Shown here piece by piece: positions 28,091 through 37,201 of a stretch of 64,000 bases of DNA (position 1 is its first letter; the number at the start of each line of letters is the position of its first letter). The notes under the pieces are model-generated. The model searched no databases and had not been told where the DNA came from. It was given only the letters and a program-made list of their open reading frames with translations. The position numbers were made by a program, and so were the translations under genes. Origin of the DNA: Candidatus Altimarinota bacterium (GTDB lineage: Bacteria > Patescibacteriota > Gracilibacteria > 1-14-2-50-48-13); NCBI GenBank assembly GCA_046314355.1, contig JBKBWQ010000001.1, forward strand, positions 96,001 to 160,000, read 5' to 3'.

Positions 28091-28807
28091 ATGAAGGGAA
28101 TCATCCTTGCTGGAGGACGGGCAACACGTCTCCGCCCTGTAACACTTGTGACAAGTAAACAGCTCTTGCCGATCTATAATAAACCGATGATATATTATCC
28201 TATTGAAACTCTAAAGAGTGCAGGGATAACAGAAGTACTTATCATTGTAGCACCTGATAATGCTGGAGATTTCTTGAAACTGCTAGGCAGCGGAAAAGAG
28301 ATTGGGATGAAGTTCTCATACGAAGTGCAGGATAGTCCGAATGGTCTTGCTGAGGCGTTCTTAGTTGGTGAAAACTTTATTGGAGATGATGATGTTACTC
28401 TTATTTTAGGAGATAACTATTTTGATGCAGACTTTCATGAAGCAGTACAGACCTTTCAGTCTGGAGCAAGAGTATTTGCCTGCGAAGTGCCGGATCCTCA
28501 CCGCTATGGAGTGGTGGAATTTGATCAGCATATGAAAGCAGTAAGTATAGAAGAAAAGCCGACGAATCCTAAGTCTACATTCGCGGTGACTGGATTTTAT
28601 ATCTATGATAATTCAGTGATAGAAAAAGCGAAAACCCTTAAGCCATCTGCAAGAGGCGAGCTAGAAATTACAGATATTAATAATCTGTATTTAAATGAAG
28701 GTAATCTGGATGTTGCTTTAGTAAAAGGAAAATGGATGGATACAGGTACCTTTGAATCATGGTTTGAGACAAGTGCTTATGTACGTGATAAAGAATTACA
28801 AAAATAA
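28091..28807 (+). CDS. rmlA: Glucose-1-phosphate thymidylyltransferase (short RmlA/SpsI type)
   Basis: GIILAGG, SKQLLPIYNKPMIYYP, EEKP, PSARGELEITD, WMDTGT. Confidence 0.9.
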   Translation: MKGIILAGGRATRLRPVTLVTSKQLLPIYNKPMIYYPIETLKSAGITEVLIIVAPDNAGDFLKLLGSGKEIGMKFSYEVQDSPNGLAEAFLVGENFIGDDDVTLILGDNYFDADFHEAVQTFQSGARVFACEVPDPHRYGVVEFDQHMKAVSIEEKPTNPKSTFAVTGFYIYDNSVIEKAKTLKPSARGELEITDINNLYLNEGNLDVALVKGKWMDTGTFESWFETSAYVRDKELQK

Positions 28808-28814
28808 TCCTCGT

Positions 28815-29834
28815 ATGACAAACAAATCAACGGGAATTATTGTTCTTACCTATAATTCTGAAGCGGATATTAGAAACTGCATTTCCTCTATTCTTGCTCA
28901 AGATACAGAGATCTCTCTGATAGTGATTGATAATGCATCTCAGGATAATACATTGAAAATCGTAAAGGAATTTCCTGATGTAGAGCTCATAGAATCTAAG
29001 CAGAATTTGGGATTTTCTTGGGGGGTAAATACAGTGGCGAAGATCTTTTATGAACGTGGTTATGAAAATGCTGTATGTATCAATCCTGACACTACCATTG
29101 ATTCATCATGCATATCTGAGCTTTTAAAGACCAAAGAAAAATCAAAAGCAGGAATCGTACAGGCATCAGTGTATTTGCCGGATAGGACGCATGTAAACTC
29201 ACTTGGGAATGCTGTCCATTTTACAGGTATTTCGTACTGTCCTGAATATGGATCTACATTTAGATGCAGCAGTGACATAAATATAGCTGCTGCAAGCGGT
29301 GCCTGCATGCTTATGGACTTGCATTGCTGGAATAAGCTGGGAGGATTGAAAGAAGATTATTTTATGTACATGGAAGATACGGATCTTTCGTGGCGTATGA
29401 AATTAATTGATAAGCCCGTAATGCTCTCCGCAAAAGCATATTGCTATCATGACTATAGCCTGAGTTTGCCTTCATGGAAACTTGGCTATCTGGATAGAAA
29501 TAGAATACAGATGATTCTCGCGAACTATTCTCTAAGAACATTGCTTTTACTCCTTCCAGTACTCATTGTGTGTGAGATCGCTTTACTGCTCTGGAGTATA
29601 AAAAAGAGATATTTTCTGCAGAAAATCCATGGATACCTGCATATCGTGAAAAGACTGCCGGCAATTTTTCGAGAGCGTAGCAAGATAAAGGATATTCGAT
29701 TATTATCTGATAAGGATATATTTCGTATGATGGAAGTGGAACTTCATGTACCGGGTCTCAAAATACCGTTTCAATCTTTAGTAAACTGGTTGCTTCGAAA
29801 TTACGGAAGGATAATCTCTCCATTTTTGAAATAA
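28815..29834 (+). CDS. GT2 glycosyltransferase (rhamnosyltransferase-like)
   Basis: LTYNS, IDNASQD, NLGF, NPDT, SGAC, FMYMEDTDLSWR; start moved to MTNKST. Confidence 0.9.
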   Translation: MTNKSTGIIVLTYNSEADIRNCISSILAQDTEISLIVIDNASQDNTLKIVKEFPDVELIESKQNLGFSWGVNTVAKIFYERGYENAVCINPDTTIDSSCISELLKTKEKSKAGIVQASVYLPDRTHVNSLGNAVHFTGISYCPEYGSTFRCSSDINIAAASGACMLMDLHCWNKLGGLKEDYFMYMEDTDLSWRMKLIDKPVMLSAKAYCYHDYSLSLPSWKLGYLDRNRIQMILANYSLRTLLLLLPVLIVCEIALLLWSIKKRYFLQKIHGYLHIVKRLPAIFRERSKIKDIRLLSDKDIFRMMEVELHVPGLKIPFQSLVNWLLRNYGRIISPFLK

Positions 29835-29904
29835 AAGAAGCTCTATTCTTGTTTATGTAAAGCACTTTTAGGCTTGCCAACAGTGATAATCCCGATAATA
29901 TAAA

Positions 29905-30723
29905 GTGTACATTTCTACCCCCATTTCTTCTGTGAAAAAGGTTCAACAAAATTATTGGTATACGGTCTGGATTCTTGCCAAAACAGATTTCAAACTTCGA
30001 TATAACGGTTCAATCCTTGGTATTCTTTGGGTAGTATTAAAGCCGCTTTTCATCTTTTCAATCCTAAACTTTGTATTCTCTCAATTATTTGGAGGATCTA
30101 AGGAATATTCTCTCTCACTTCTTACGGGACTCATTATTTGGAATTATTTTGCTGAGGGAACTATGGTAGGTATGGTCTCTTTGCTTCAGAAGGCGCATAT
30201 CATTACAAAGGTAAACCTGCCAAAGTGGATTGTGGTGTTTGCCTCTACACTAAATTCTCTCCTTACGTTTCTTCTCAATACACTAATCCTTGTATTTTTC
30301 TTTATTCTCTACGGAGTCTTTCCAAATATTTTTTCCATACTTACAGCTGTATTTTTCGCTTCACTTATTTTTATCTGGATCCTGGCTTTTTCTTTTCTCA
30401 CTTCTCCTCTCTTTCTCCGCTTCCGGGATCTCAATCAGATATGGGAAGTAATCTTAAATGCAGGTATCTATGCGGCACCAATTATTTACCCAATTACCAC
30501 TATACCTGAGGTATATAGAACTCTTCTCTATATTAATCCGGTAACTCTTATTCTGGTAAAGATCAAGGATGCTCTTTTTCATGGAAAAGAATATTTCTCT
30601 TTTATGGATGGTGTATTACTGATTGCTTCAAGCTGGTTGTATATACTTCTTTTAGTCTTAGTATTGGTAGGATCACTTTTATTCTTTCACCGTGCTTCTC
30701 GAGGAGCTGCAGAATATGTCTAA
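29905..30723 (+). CDS. wzm: ABC-2 polysaccharide exporter permease (Wzm)
   Basis: DFKLRYNGSILGILW, FRDL, PIIYP, NP; exact start uncertain. Confidence 0.9.
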   Translation: MYISTPISSVKKVQQNYWYTVWILAKTDFKLRYNGSILGILWVVLKPLFIFSILNFVFSQLFGGSKEYSLSLLTGLIIWNYFAEGTMVGMVSLLQKAHIITKVNLPKWIVVFASTLNSLLTFLLNTLILVFFFILYGVFPNIFSILTAVFFASLIFIWILAFSFLTSPLFLRFRDLNQIWEVILNAGIYAAPIIYPITTIPEVYRTLLYINPVTLILVKIKDALFHGKEYFSFMDGVLLIASSWLYILLLVLVLVGSLLFFHRASRGAAEYV

Positions 30724-31456
30724 AAAAGCCGTTATTCAGGTAGAAAATGTTGGAAAAAGCTTTGTTATTCCAAGCGAACATATCTCAAGTATCAGAGGTC
30801 ATTTTGTAAATATTTTCAAGAAAAAGAGCTATGAAACTTTTCATGCCTTATCGGATGTATCCTTTACGGTAAATGAGGGAGACTTCTTTGGAATTATTGG
30901 TAGAAATGGTTCTGGTAAATCAACGCTTTTGAAGCTCATAGCACAGATATACGAACCAAGTGAAGGAAAAATTACCATCAATGGAAAGATCTCACCTTTC
31001 CTAGAATTGGGAGTAGGCTTCAATCCCGAATTATCTGCGAGAGAGAATATTTATCTCAATGGTGCAATTCTTGGAATGCATAAAAAACAGATAGATGCTA
31101 TTTATGATGAGGTGATTGCGTTTTCAGAACTAGAGCAGTTCCAAAGCGTAAAACTCAAACATTTCTCTTCAGGAATGTATGTGCGTTTGGCTTTTACTGT
31201 GGCTATTCAAGCTCAGTCCGACATTCTTCTCATGGATGAAGTGCTGGCAGTAGGAGATCAGAGATTTCAGGAAAAGTGTTTTAAAGTATTTGAAGATCTT
31301 AAAGCTCAGGGTAAAACAATTATCTTTGTCTCACATGACATGGGAAATATTCAAAAATTCTGTAATAAAGTTGTAGTAATCGAAAAAGGAAATGTAGTGT
31401 ATCAGGGGGACAGTACTGAGGCTGCCGAGTATTATCACCGTCTTAATCATATCTAA
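30716..31456 (+). CDS. wzt: Polysaccharide exporter ATPase (Wzt, no C-terminal binding domain)
   Basis: GRNGSGKST, LGVGFNPELSAREN, FSSGMYVRLAF, DEVLAVGD. Confidence 0.93.
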   Translation: MSKKAVIQVENVGKSFVIPSEHISSIRGHFVNIFKKKSYETFHALSDVSFTVNEGDFFGIIGRNGSGKSTLLKLIAQIYEPSEGKITINGKISPFLELGVGFNPELSARENIYLNGAILGMHKKQIDAIYDEVIAFSELEQFQSVKLKHFSSGMYVRLAFTVAIQAQSDILLMDEVLAVGDQRFQEKCFKVFEDLKAQGKTIIFVSHDMGNIQKFCNKVVVIEKGNVVYQGDSTEAAEYYHRLNHI

Positions 31457-31474
31457 GTAACTTGTATTTGTACT

Positions 31475-33724
31475 ATGAAGTGCGACATCATTATCCCTGT
31501 ATATAACGGCTATCACTTTCTAAAGGAATGTGTAGATTCTGTTATTGCTCACACAGATTTAAATCAATATAGAATTGTACTTATAGATGACTGCAGTACA
31601 GAGAAGGAGGCAGTGGAATATATGGATGCACTTGCACGGGATAATATTGCAACTCTGCTTCGAAATGAAGTAAATCTAGGATTTGTAGGAAGTGTAAATA
31701 AAGGGATGAAATGGAGTGAAATAGATGTGGTACTACTCAACAGTGATGCAGTTGTGACAAAAGGATGGATGGAAAAAATGTATGAATGTTACCAGAGTTA
31801 TCCAAATGTGGGATCTGTAACACCTCTGACAAATAACGGTACCGTGTGTTCAATTCCAAACTGGCTTGAGGATAATGCTATACCAGAGGGGCTTACCGCT
31901 GATTCTTATGCTGAGCTTGTAGAACGAATATCTCTGAGATCATACCCTCAGCTGCCGACGGCAGTAGGATTTTGTATGCTTATTGGCAGAAGATGTCTCG
32001 AGGAAGTGGGATATTTTGATGAAGAAAGATTTGGTAAAGGATATGGGGAAGAAAACGAGTGGTGTATGCGCGCTGAGAAATTCGGATACATACATTTATT
32101 GGATGATGCAACTTTTGTACATCACAAAGGAAGTATGACCTTTGGAAATAGTCCTGAAAAACTAAAAAAACAGCAGGAAAATCTAGCAAAACTTCTTGAA
32201 CTCTATCCGGATTATGAAAAGAGAATCCATGAGTATATCTTGAGAAAACCACTTGAGGAGATACATAATAATGTAAAGGCACATCTTGCTTATGCAAATG
32301 GAAAGAGAAATATTCTACTTGTACTTCACATGCCTATTAGAGGGGCTATTGGAGGTACAGAACTTCATGTAAAGGATATTGTGGAGCATTTTTCAGATAC
32401 ATACAACTTTTTTCTTTTGTATCCGGTAGGCATCCACTATTGGCAGCTTGAGGTACTCGGCGCCAAGGATCAGAAATATATTTTCCCCTTTGAGGTAAAT
32501 CTCTTCACTTCTTCACTAAATAGGAAAGAAACACATAATGTTTTAGGGACTATTCTTCACCAGTTCTCTATCTCTCTTGTACATATTCATCATCTTCTCG
32601 GATTTTCACTTGATGTGCCGGAAATCGTAAAGAAGTTTGGTGTACCAGTATTATTCACTGTGCATGATTTTTATTACTATGCTAATCATCCCCAGCTTTT
32701 AGGAACTGATGACATACTTGAAGGGTTTGATAAAACTTCCTATGATCTCTCTAGAGATGGAATGCTGAATAAATACGAAGTAGGAAACTATGAATCATAT
32801 CTCAAGTCTAGAAGAGCTGTCTGGAAACGTATATTCACTCAAGTTGCAGATAAGATTATCGTTCCTTCAAAATTTGTAGAAAAAAAGGTAAAGGAATTTA
32901 TAGGAGAGGACGCGGCACCAGTGGCATTTATAGATCATCCCTCCGCATATCTGAATGCCCAAGAACCGGGAGAAAAACCTAATGACACGAGCAAGATATT
33001 AAAAGTTGCTTTTTTAGGAACATTTACACGGAATAAAGGAGCAGCATTATTTGCGGAGATAGTGAAGGAGCTTCGTAAACGAAAAGTAAAAGTAGAATTT
33101 TATATTATTGGTGCAGTCGGAGATTGGAAGACGTATTACTCAATTAAAAATAATGTTCATCACATTGCCTTTTATGATAGGGATAAAGTTGTATCGTTAC
33201 TCAAAAACAACGGCATTGAACTTATTCTTATGCCTGCTCAAGCTTATGAGACCTTTAGCTACACTCTGTCTGAAGCACAGTTTGCGGGGATACCAGTGAT
33301 TGCCACGACTATGGGTGCCCTTGAAGAAAGAGTCCATGCAGAAGATACAGGATGGACTTTCTCAAATGAAACATATATTGAAGAGACTCTTTCATTAGTA
33401 GAAAAAATAGCTCATGATAAAACTCTTCTTCATAATAAAATAAAGAATCTTAAAAACTTTCATACAAATTCATCACATGATAACAGCTTTGCTAAATATG
33501 CGGAGCTCTATTCAGCTTTTAATAAAAAAACACCTGCTGAGATGCGGCTTCACAACCATCTTTCTGACTTTACTCTCAAGGAAGGAGGAAGCAGATATAA
33601 TATTGGAGTCAGAATAAAAAACATGAAGTTTCATACCATAGATTCTCTTTATAGATTTTTGGTAAATACAAAATTAATATTTTTGATACGACCAGTGTAC
33701 AATAAGATAAAGAGAGGAAAATAA
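31475..33724 (+). CDS. Bifunctional GT2-GT4 glycosyltransferase
   Basis: N-terminal IIIPVYN/DDCS/LLNSD/GYGEE GT2 domain; C-terminal GGTELHV/TVHDF/ETFSYTLSEA GT4 domain. Confidence 0.9.
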   Translation: MKCDIIIPVYNGYHFLKECVDSVIAHTDLNQYRIVLIDDCSTEKEAVEYMDALARDNIATLLRNEVNLGFVGSVNKGMKWSEIDVVLLNSDAVVTKGWMEKMYECYQSYPNVGSVTPLTNNGTVCSIPNWLEDNAIPEGLTADSYAELVERISLRSYPQLPTAVGFCMLIGRRCLEEVGYFDEERFGKGYGEENEWCMRAEKFGYIHLLDDATFVHHKGSMTFGNSPEKLKKQQENLAKLLELYPDYEKRIHEYILRKPLEEIHNNVKAHLAYANGKRNILLVLHMPIRGAIGGTELHVKDIVEHFSDTYNFFLLYPVGIHYWQLEVLGAKDQKYIFPFEVNLFTSSLNRKETHNVLGTILHQFSISLVHIHHLLGFSLDVPEIVKKFGVPVLFTVHDFYYYANHPQLLGTDDILEGFDKTSYDLSRDGMLNKYEVGNYESYLKSRRAVWKRIFTQVADKIIVPSKFVEKKVKEFIGEDAAPVAFIDHPSAYLNAQEPGEKPNDTSKILKVAFLGTFTRNKGAALFAEIVKELRKRKVKVEFYIIGAVGDWKTYYSIKNNVHHIAFYDRDKVVSLLKNNGIELILMPAQAYETFSYTLSEAQFAGIPVIATTMGALEERVHAEDTGWTFSNETYIEETLSLVEKIAHDKTLLHNKIKNLKNFHTNSSHDNSFAKYAELYSAFNKKTPAEMRLHNHLSDFTLKEGGSRYNIGVRIKNMKFHTIDSLYRFLVNTKLIFLIRPVYNKIKRGK

Positions 33725-33760
33725 TAAAAAAGCTGTCCGATTCCGGACAGCTTTTTTATT
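33723..33760. terminator. Bidirectional intrinsic terminator
   Basis: Perfect IR AATAAAAAAGCTGTCCG-attc-CGGACAGCTTTTTTATT. Confidence 0.9.
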
Positions 33761-33767
33761 TCGTACT

Positions 33768-36458
33768 TTAGACTACAAAGTTTACGAGTCTTCCTCCGAC
33801 ATAAATTTCTTTCTTTATCTTAGTATTATCTAAAAATTTTATTACAGAGTCTGTCCTCTTAGCTTCAGCGATAGCATCTTCCTGACTTATGTCCTTATTT
33901 GCTTTGAAGGAACCTCTAAGTTTTCCATTCACCTGTACTGCAATCACTATGGTATCTTCTACGGTCAGAGCAGGATCATAGCTGGGCCATGAAGAGAGGT
34001 GGATACTATCCTTATGTCCTAAGATATGCCAAAGTTCTTCTGTAATATGAGGCGCAAATGGTGATAAGAGTTGGAGAAATGTCTCAAAGGTTGCCTGGTG
34101 TATATGATCCGCATCTGTTGCAGCATTCATAAAGATCATAAACTGTGAGACTACAGTGTTGTAATTGAATGTCTTAATATCATCAGTTGCTTTCTTGATC
34201 GTCTGATGCAGAAGAGTAGTCATCTCCTTAGAATCAGGTACATCTGATATTTTATCTTGGAGTTTCCATGTCCTTTGCAGAAATCTATAGACTCCAGCGA
34301 TACCTTTTGTGTTCCAAGGTTTTACAGCATCAAATGGTCCCATAAACATCTCATAGAGACGAAAGGCATCTGCTCCAAATTCCTTTATCGTATCATCAGG
34401 ATTAATGACGTTGCCCTTGGACTTACTCATCTTCTGGCTATCTTCTCCAAGGATCATTCCCTGGTTTTTGAGAGACTGGAAAGGCTCTACCGTTGGTACA
34501 ACTCCACAGTCATAAAGTACTTTATGCCAGAATCGAGCATACAGCAGATGGAGTACCGCATGTTCTGCGCCACCGACATACATATCTACAGGCAGCCATT
34601 CCTTTAATAAGGTAGGATGAGCTAAATATTCCTTATTCTTCGGGTCAATAAATCTCAAATAATACCAGCATGAACCTGCCCATTGAGGCATCGTATTTGT
34701 TTCTCTTTTGGCAGGACCGCTACAATTCGGACATGTGGTATTTACCCATTCATCTATGGCAGCAAGAGGACTCTCTCCAGTACCCGTAGGTTCATATTGT
34801 TCTACTTCGGGAAGCAGTACAGGGAGATCTTTCTCAGGCACAGGTACTATACCGCATTTGGCGCAGTGTACGAGAGGTATTGGTTCTCCCCAATAACGCT
34901 GTCTGGAGAAAATCCAGTCTCTAAGTTTATAGTTCACTGTTCTTTCTCCTTTTTCATGCTGTTCCAGCCAGATTGTCATTTCTTCCCGTGCATCCTCGGA
35001 AGTCATACCATTAAAGTATCCAGAAGAAATCAGATAACCATCTTCTGTGAATGCTTCTCTCATCAATTCAGAATGTTCTCCGCTCCAAGAAGCACCTTCC
35101 TGAGTCTTCAAAAAGCTATTCCAAAGTGAGTATGCATTCTTAGCAGTCTCATTAGCTTCAGAATTTTCTAGACACTCCTTTTCCTTTAAAAAATGAAGCC
35201 ATGCTTCTCGTTCTTCTGCAAGAGTTTTTTCATCCTCTTTCCCTACAGGAATAATACTTCCAGATTTAATTGCTTCAAATATCTCTTTCTCTTTTTCAGA
35301 GCTCTTAAGATATATTTCATCAAATTCTGTCTGAGTCAGTGAGGGAAATTTTGTTATGACTCTTTTTACAGGTATGGAGTACTTTTTTGCAAAATCAAAA
35401 TCTCTCTCGTCATGAGCAGGGACTCCGATCACAGCTCCTGTCCCGTAAAATCCTAGAACATAATCACCCACATAGACAGGTATCTTTTCTCCTGTAAATG
35501 GATTGATAGCGTAAGATCCCGTAAATACTCCAGTCTTTTCCTTTGCTAACTCAGTTCGTTCGAGCTGAGATTTGCTCTTTGCCTGAAAGATATAACTCTC
35601 CATAACCTTTTTATTTTCTTCAAGGGTAAGCATATCCACAAGAGGATGCTCAGGTGCAAGAGTAATAAAAGTTATTCCGTATGCGGTATCTAGTCTCGTT
35701 GTAAAGGCTTCAATAGTCTTATCTGTAGCTTGACCTTCTTTTGAGGCAATCTGAAGTGTAAATGTTGCCCCAGTACTTTTGCCTATCCAGTTACGCTGAA
35801 GTTCAAGTATGCTTGATGGCCAGTTTAATCCATCAAGATCTGTCAGAAGTCTCTCGGCATATTCCGTAATTTTAAGTACCCATTGTCGTATAGGACGCTG
35901 TTCTACAATAGCTCCGCATCTTTCACATTCATTACCTTTTACAACTTCCTCATTTGCCAAACCTGTCTTACAGCTTGGACACCAGTTGATTGGAAGACTG
36001 GATTCGTAAGCAAGACCCTTTTTAAAGAGTTTCAAGAATATCCATTGAGTCCATTTATAATACTCTGGGTCAGTGGTATTTACTTGTCTGTCCCAATCGT
36101 AAGAGAACCCGATCTGTTTTAACTGCTGAGTAAAGTAAGCAATATTTTTTTCTGTAGTAATGCGGGGATGTACTCCAGTCTTTATAGCATAATTTTCTGC
36201 AGGCAATCCAAATGCATCCCACCCCATTGGATGAAGTACGGCATAGTTATTCATTCTATGAAAACGTGCAAAAATATCTGTACCAATATAACCGAGCGGA
36301 TGACCTACATGTAAGCCAGCTCCTGAAGGATAGGGGAACATATCAAGAACGTACATTTTTTTCTTACCTGAATCCACAGGTGTTGCATAGGTTTTATGAG
36401 AATGCCAGTATTCCTGCCATTTTTTTTCAAAGGAATCCGGCTGATAGGTAGTGGACAT
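33768..36458 (-). CDS. leuS: Leucine--tRNA ligase
   Basis: MFPYPSGAGLHVGH, GWDAFGLPAEN, PAHDERD, SRQRYWGEPIP, KMSKS, QVNGKLR. Confidence 0.98.
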   Translation of the reverse strand: MSTTYQPDSFEKKWQEYWHSHKTYATPVDSGKKKMYVLDMFPYPSGAGLHVGHPLGYIGTDIFARFHRMNNYAVLHPMGWDAFGLPAENYAIKTGVHPRITTEKNIAYFTQQLKQIGFSYDWDRQVNTTDPEYYKWTQWIFLKLFKKGLAYESSLPINWCPSCKTGLANEEVVKGNECERCGAIVEQRPIRQWVLKITEYAERLLTDLDGLNWPSSILELQRNWIGKSTGATFTLQIASKEGQATDKTIEAFTTRLDTAYGITFITLAPEHPLVDMLTLEENKKVMESYIFQAKSKSQLERTELAKEKTGVFTGSYAINPFTGEKIPVYVGDYVLGFYGTGAVIGVPAHDERDFDFAKKYSIPVKRVITKFPSLTQTEFDEIYLKSSEKEKEIFEAIKSGSIIPVGKEDEKTLAEEREAWLHFLKEKECLENSEANETAKNAYSLWNSFLKTQEGASWSGEHSELMREAFTEDGYLISSGYFNGMTSEDAREEMTIWLEQHEKGERTVNYKLRDWIFSRQRYWGEPIPLVHCAKCGIVPVPEKDLPVLLPEVEQYEPTGTGESPLAAIDEWVNTTCPNCSGPAKRETNTMPQWAGSCWYYLRFIDPKNKEYLAHPTLLKEWLPVDMYVGGAEHAVLHLLYARFWHKVLYDCGVVPTVEPFQSLKNQGMILGEDSQKMSKSKGNVINPDDTIKEFGADAFRLYEMFMGPFDAVKPWNTKGIAGVYRFLQRTWKLQDKISDVPDSKEMTTLLHQTIKKATDDIKTFNYNTVVSQFMIFMNAATDADHIHQATFETFLQLLSPFAPHITEELWHILGHKDSIHLSSWPSYDPALTVEDTIVIAVQVNGKLRGSFKANKDISQEDAIAEAKRTDSVIKFLDNTKIKKEIYVGGRLVNFVV

Positions 36459-36496
36459 AGTATCTATAGTGAAGACAGAAGGTGTATAACTGTATG

Positions 36497-36525
36497 ATAG
36501 TAGTCAGAAAAGAGGAATTAGGCAA
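36497..36525 (-). promoter_or_regulatory. Putative leuS promoter
   Basis: Minus-strand TTGCCT-N17-TACTAT. Confidence 0.55.
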
Positions 36526-36536
36526 GGGAGGAATTC

Positions 36537-36654
36537 AATATTGGACTCAATAATTGGGGCTCGTTATTTGGCTCTTATAATTAGGGCTACAGTAATTGAG
36601 CTCAATTACTGAATTATTGAGCCCAATTATCGCGCCCAAATTACCGAGCCAAAT
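36537..36654. repeat. Imperfect inverted array of ~13-bp units (AATAATTGGGCTC) around a perfect 22-bp palindrome
   Basis: CAGTAATTGAGCTCAATTACTG at 36590-36611; degenerate direct units to the left, reverse-complement units to the right. Confidence 0.8.
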
Positions 36655-36657
36655 CCC

Positions 36658-36686
36658 TTGACTTTACACTTCATTAAACGTATATT
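36658..36686 (+). promoter_or_regulatory. Putative promoter of the marR-exporter operon
   Basis: TTGACT-N17-TATATT. Confidence 0.65.
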
Positions 36687-36724
36687 TTGATTGACTAAAT
36701 ATTTTAAAAGTATTCAAATATAAA

Positions 36725-37168
36725 TTGAATTCAATACTACACTACACACAGTCGCTGATGCATGTGATGAGGAATGTGCATAAAGGTCTTCATCAAGATG
36801 AAGGGGCAAAAAGTGATTTGGAGCATCTCACTATGCAGCAGTTCCAGGCTATCCTTTTTGTGCAGTGTAAAAAAAGAGTGTCTATGAGAGAAGTTGCAGA
36901 GGAGATGAAAGTTACCCCGGCAACAGCCACATCTCTTGTGGAGAAGCTTGTAAGGAAAGGACTACTTAAACGGATTATCCTGCCTGAAAATAGAAGAAGT
37001 GTCTATATAACCCTAAGCGAGCACGCAGAACAGCATTTTGAACAAATGATGGAAAAGAAGCTCTATGCTCTTTCAAAGGTATTTTCTAAAATGACTGAAA
37101 AGGATAGAGAAGATTTGCTCCGGGTTCTTACTAACCTGAGTGAGATCGTAGATAAGCATTCAAATTAA
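36725..37168 (+). CDS. MarR-family transcriptional regulator
   Basis: LTMQQFQAI, SMREVAE...TPATATSLVEKLVRKG, ENRRSVYITLS; start may be ATG 36758. Confidence 0.9.
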   Translation: MNSILHYTQSLMHVMRNVHKGLHQDEGAKSDLEHLTMQQFQAILFVQCKKRVSMREVAEEMKVTPATATSLVEKLVRKGLLKRIILPENRRSVYITLSEHAEQHFEQMMEKKLYALSKVFSKMTEKDREDLLRVLTNLSEIVDKHSN

Positions 37169-37201
37169 CATATAAACTTCCATATTATTATATTAGTACT
37201 T

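Noticed and set aside
35058-35351. Intein in LeuRS
   Set aside because: Too short and lacks C/S-start, HN-C/S/T end and LAGLIDADG motifs
36459-36530. T-box riboswitch upstream of leuS
   Set aside because: The predicted leader is only about 30 nt and lacks the T-box consensus and a terminator
36537-36654. CRISPR array
   Set aside because: Units are ~13 bp, degenerate and adjacent with no unique spacers; orientation flips mid-array; no cas genes in the window
36523-36660. CAAGGGA/TCCCTTG as transposon terminal inverted repeats
   Set aside because: They overlap the -35 hexamers of the two divergent promoters, and no target-site duplication is evident
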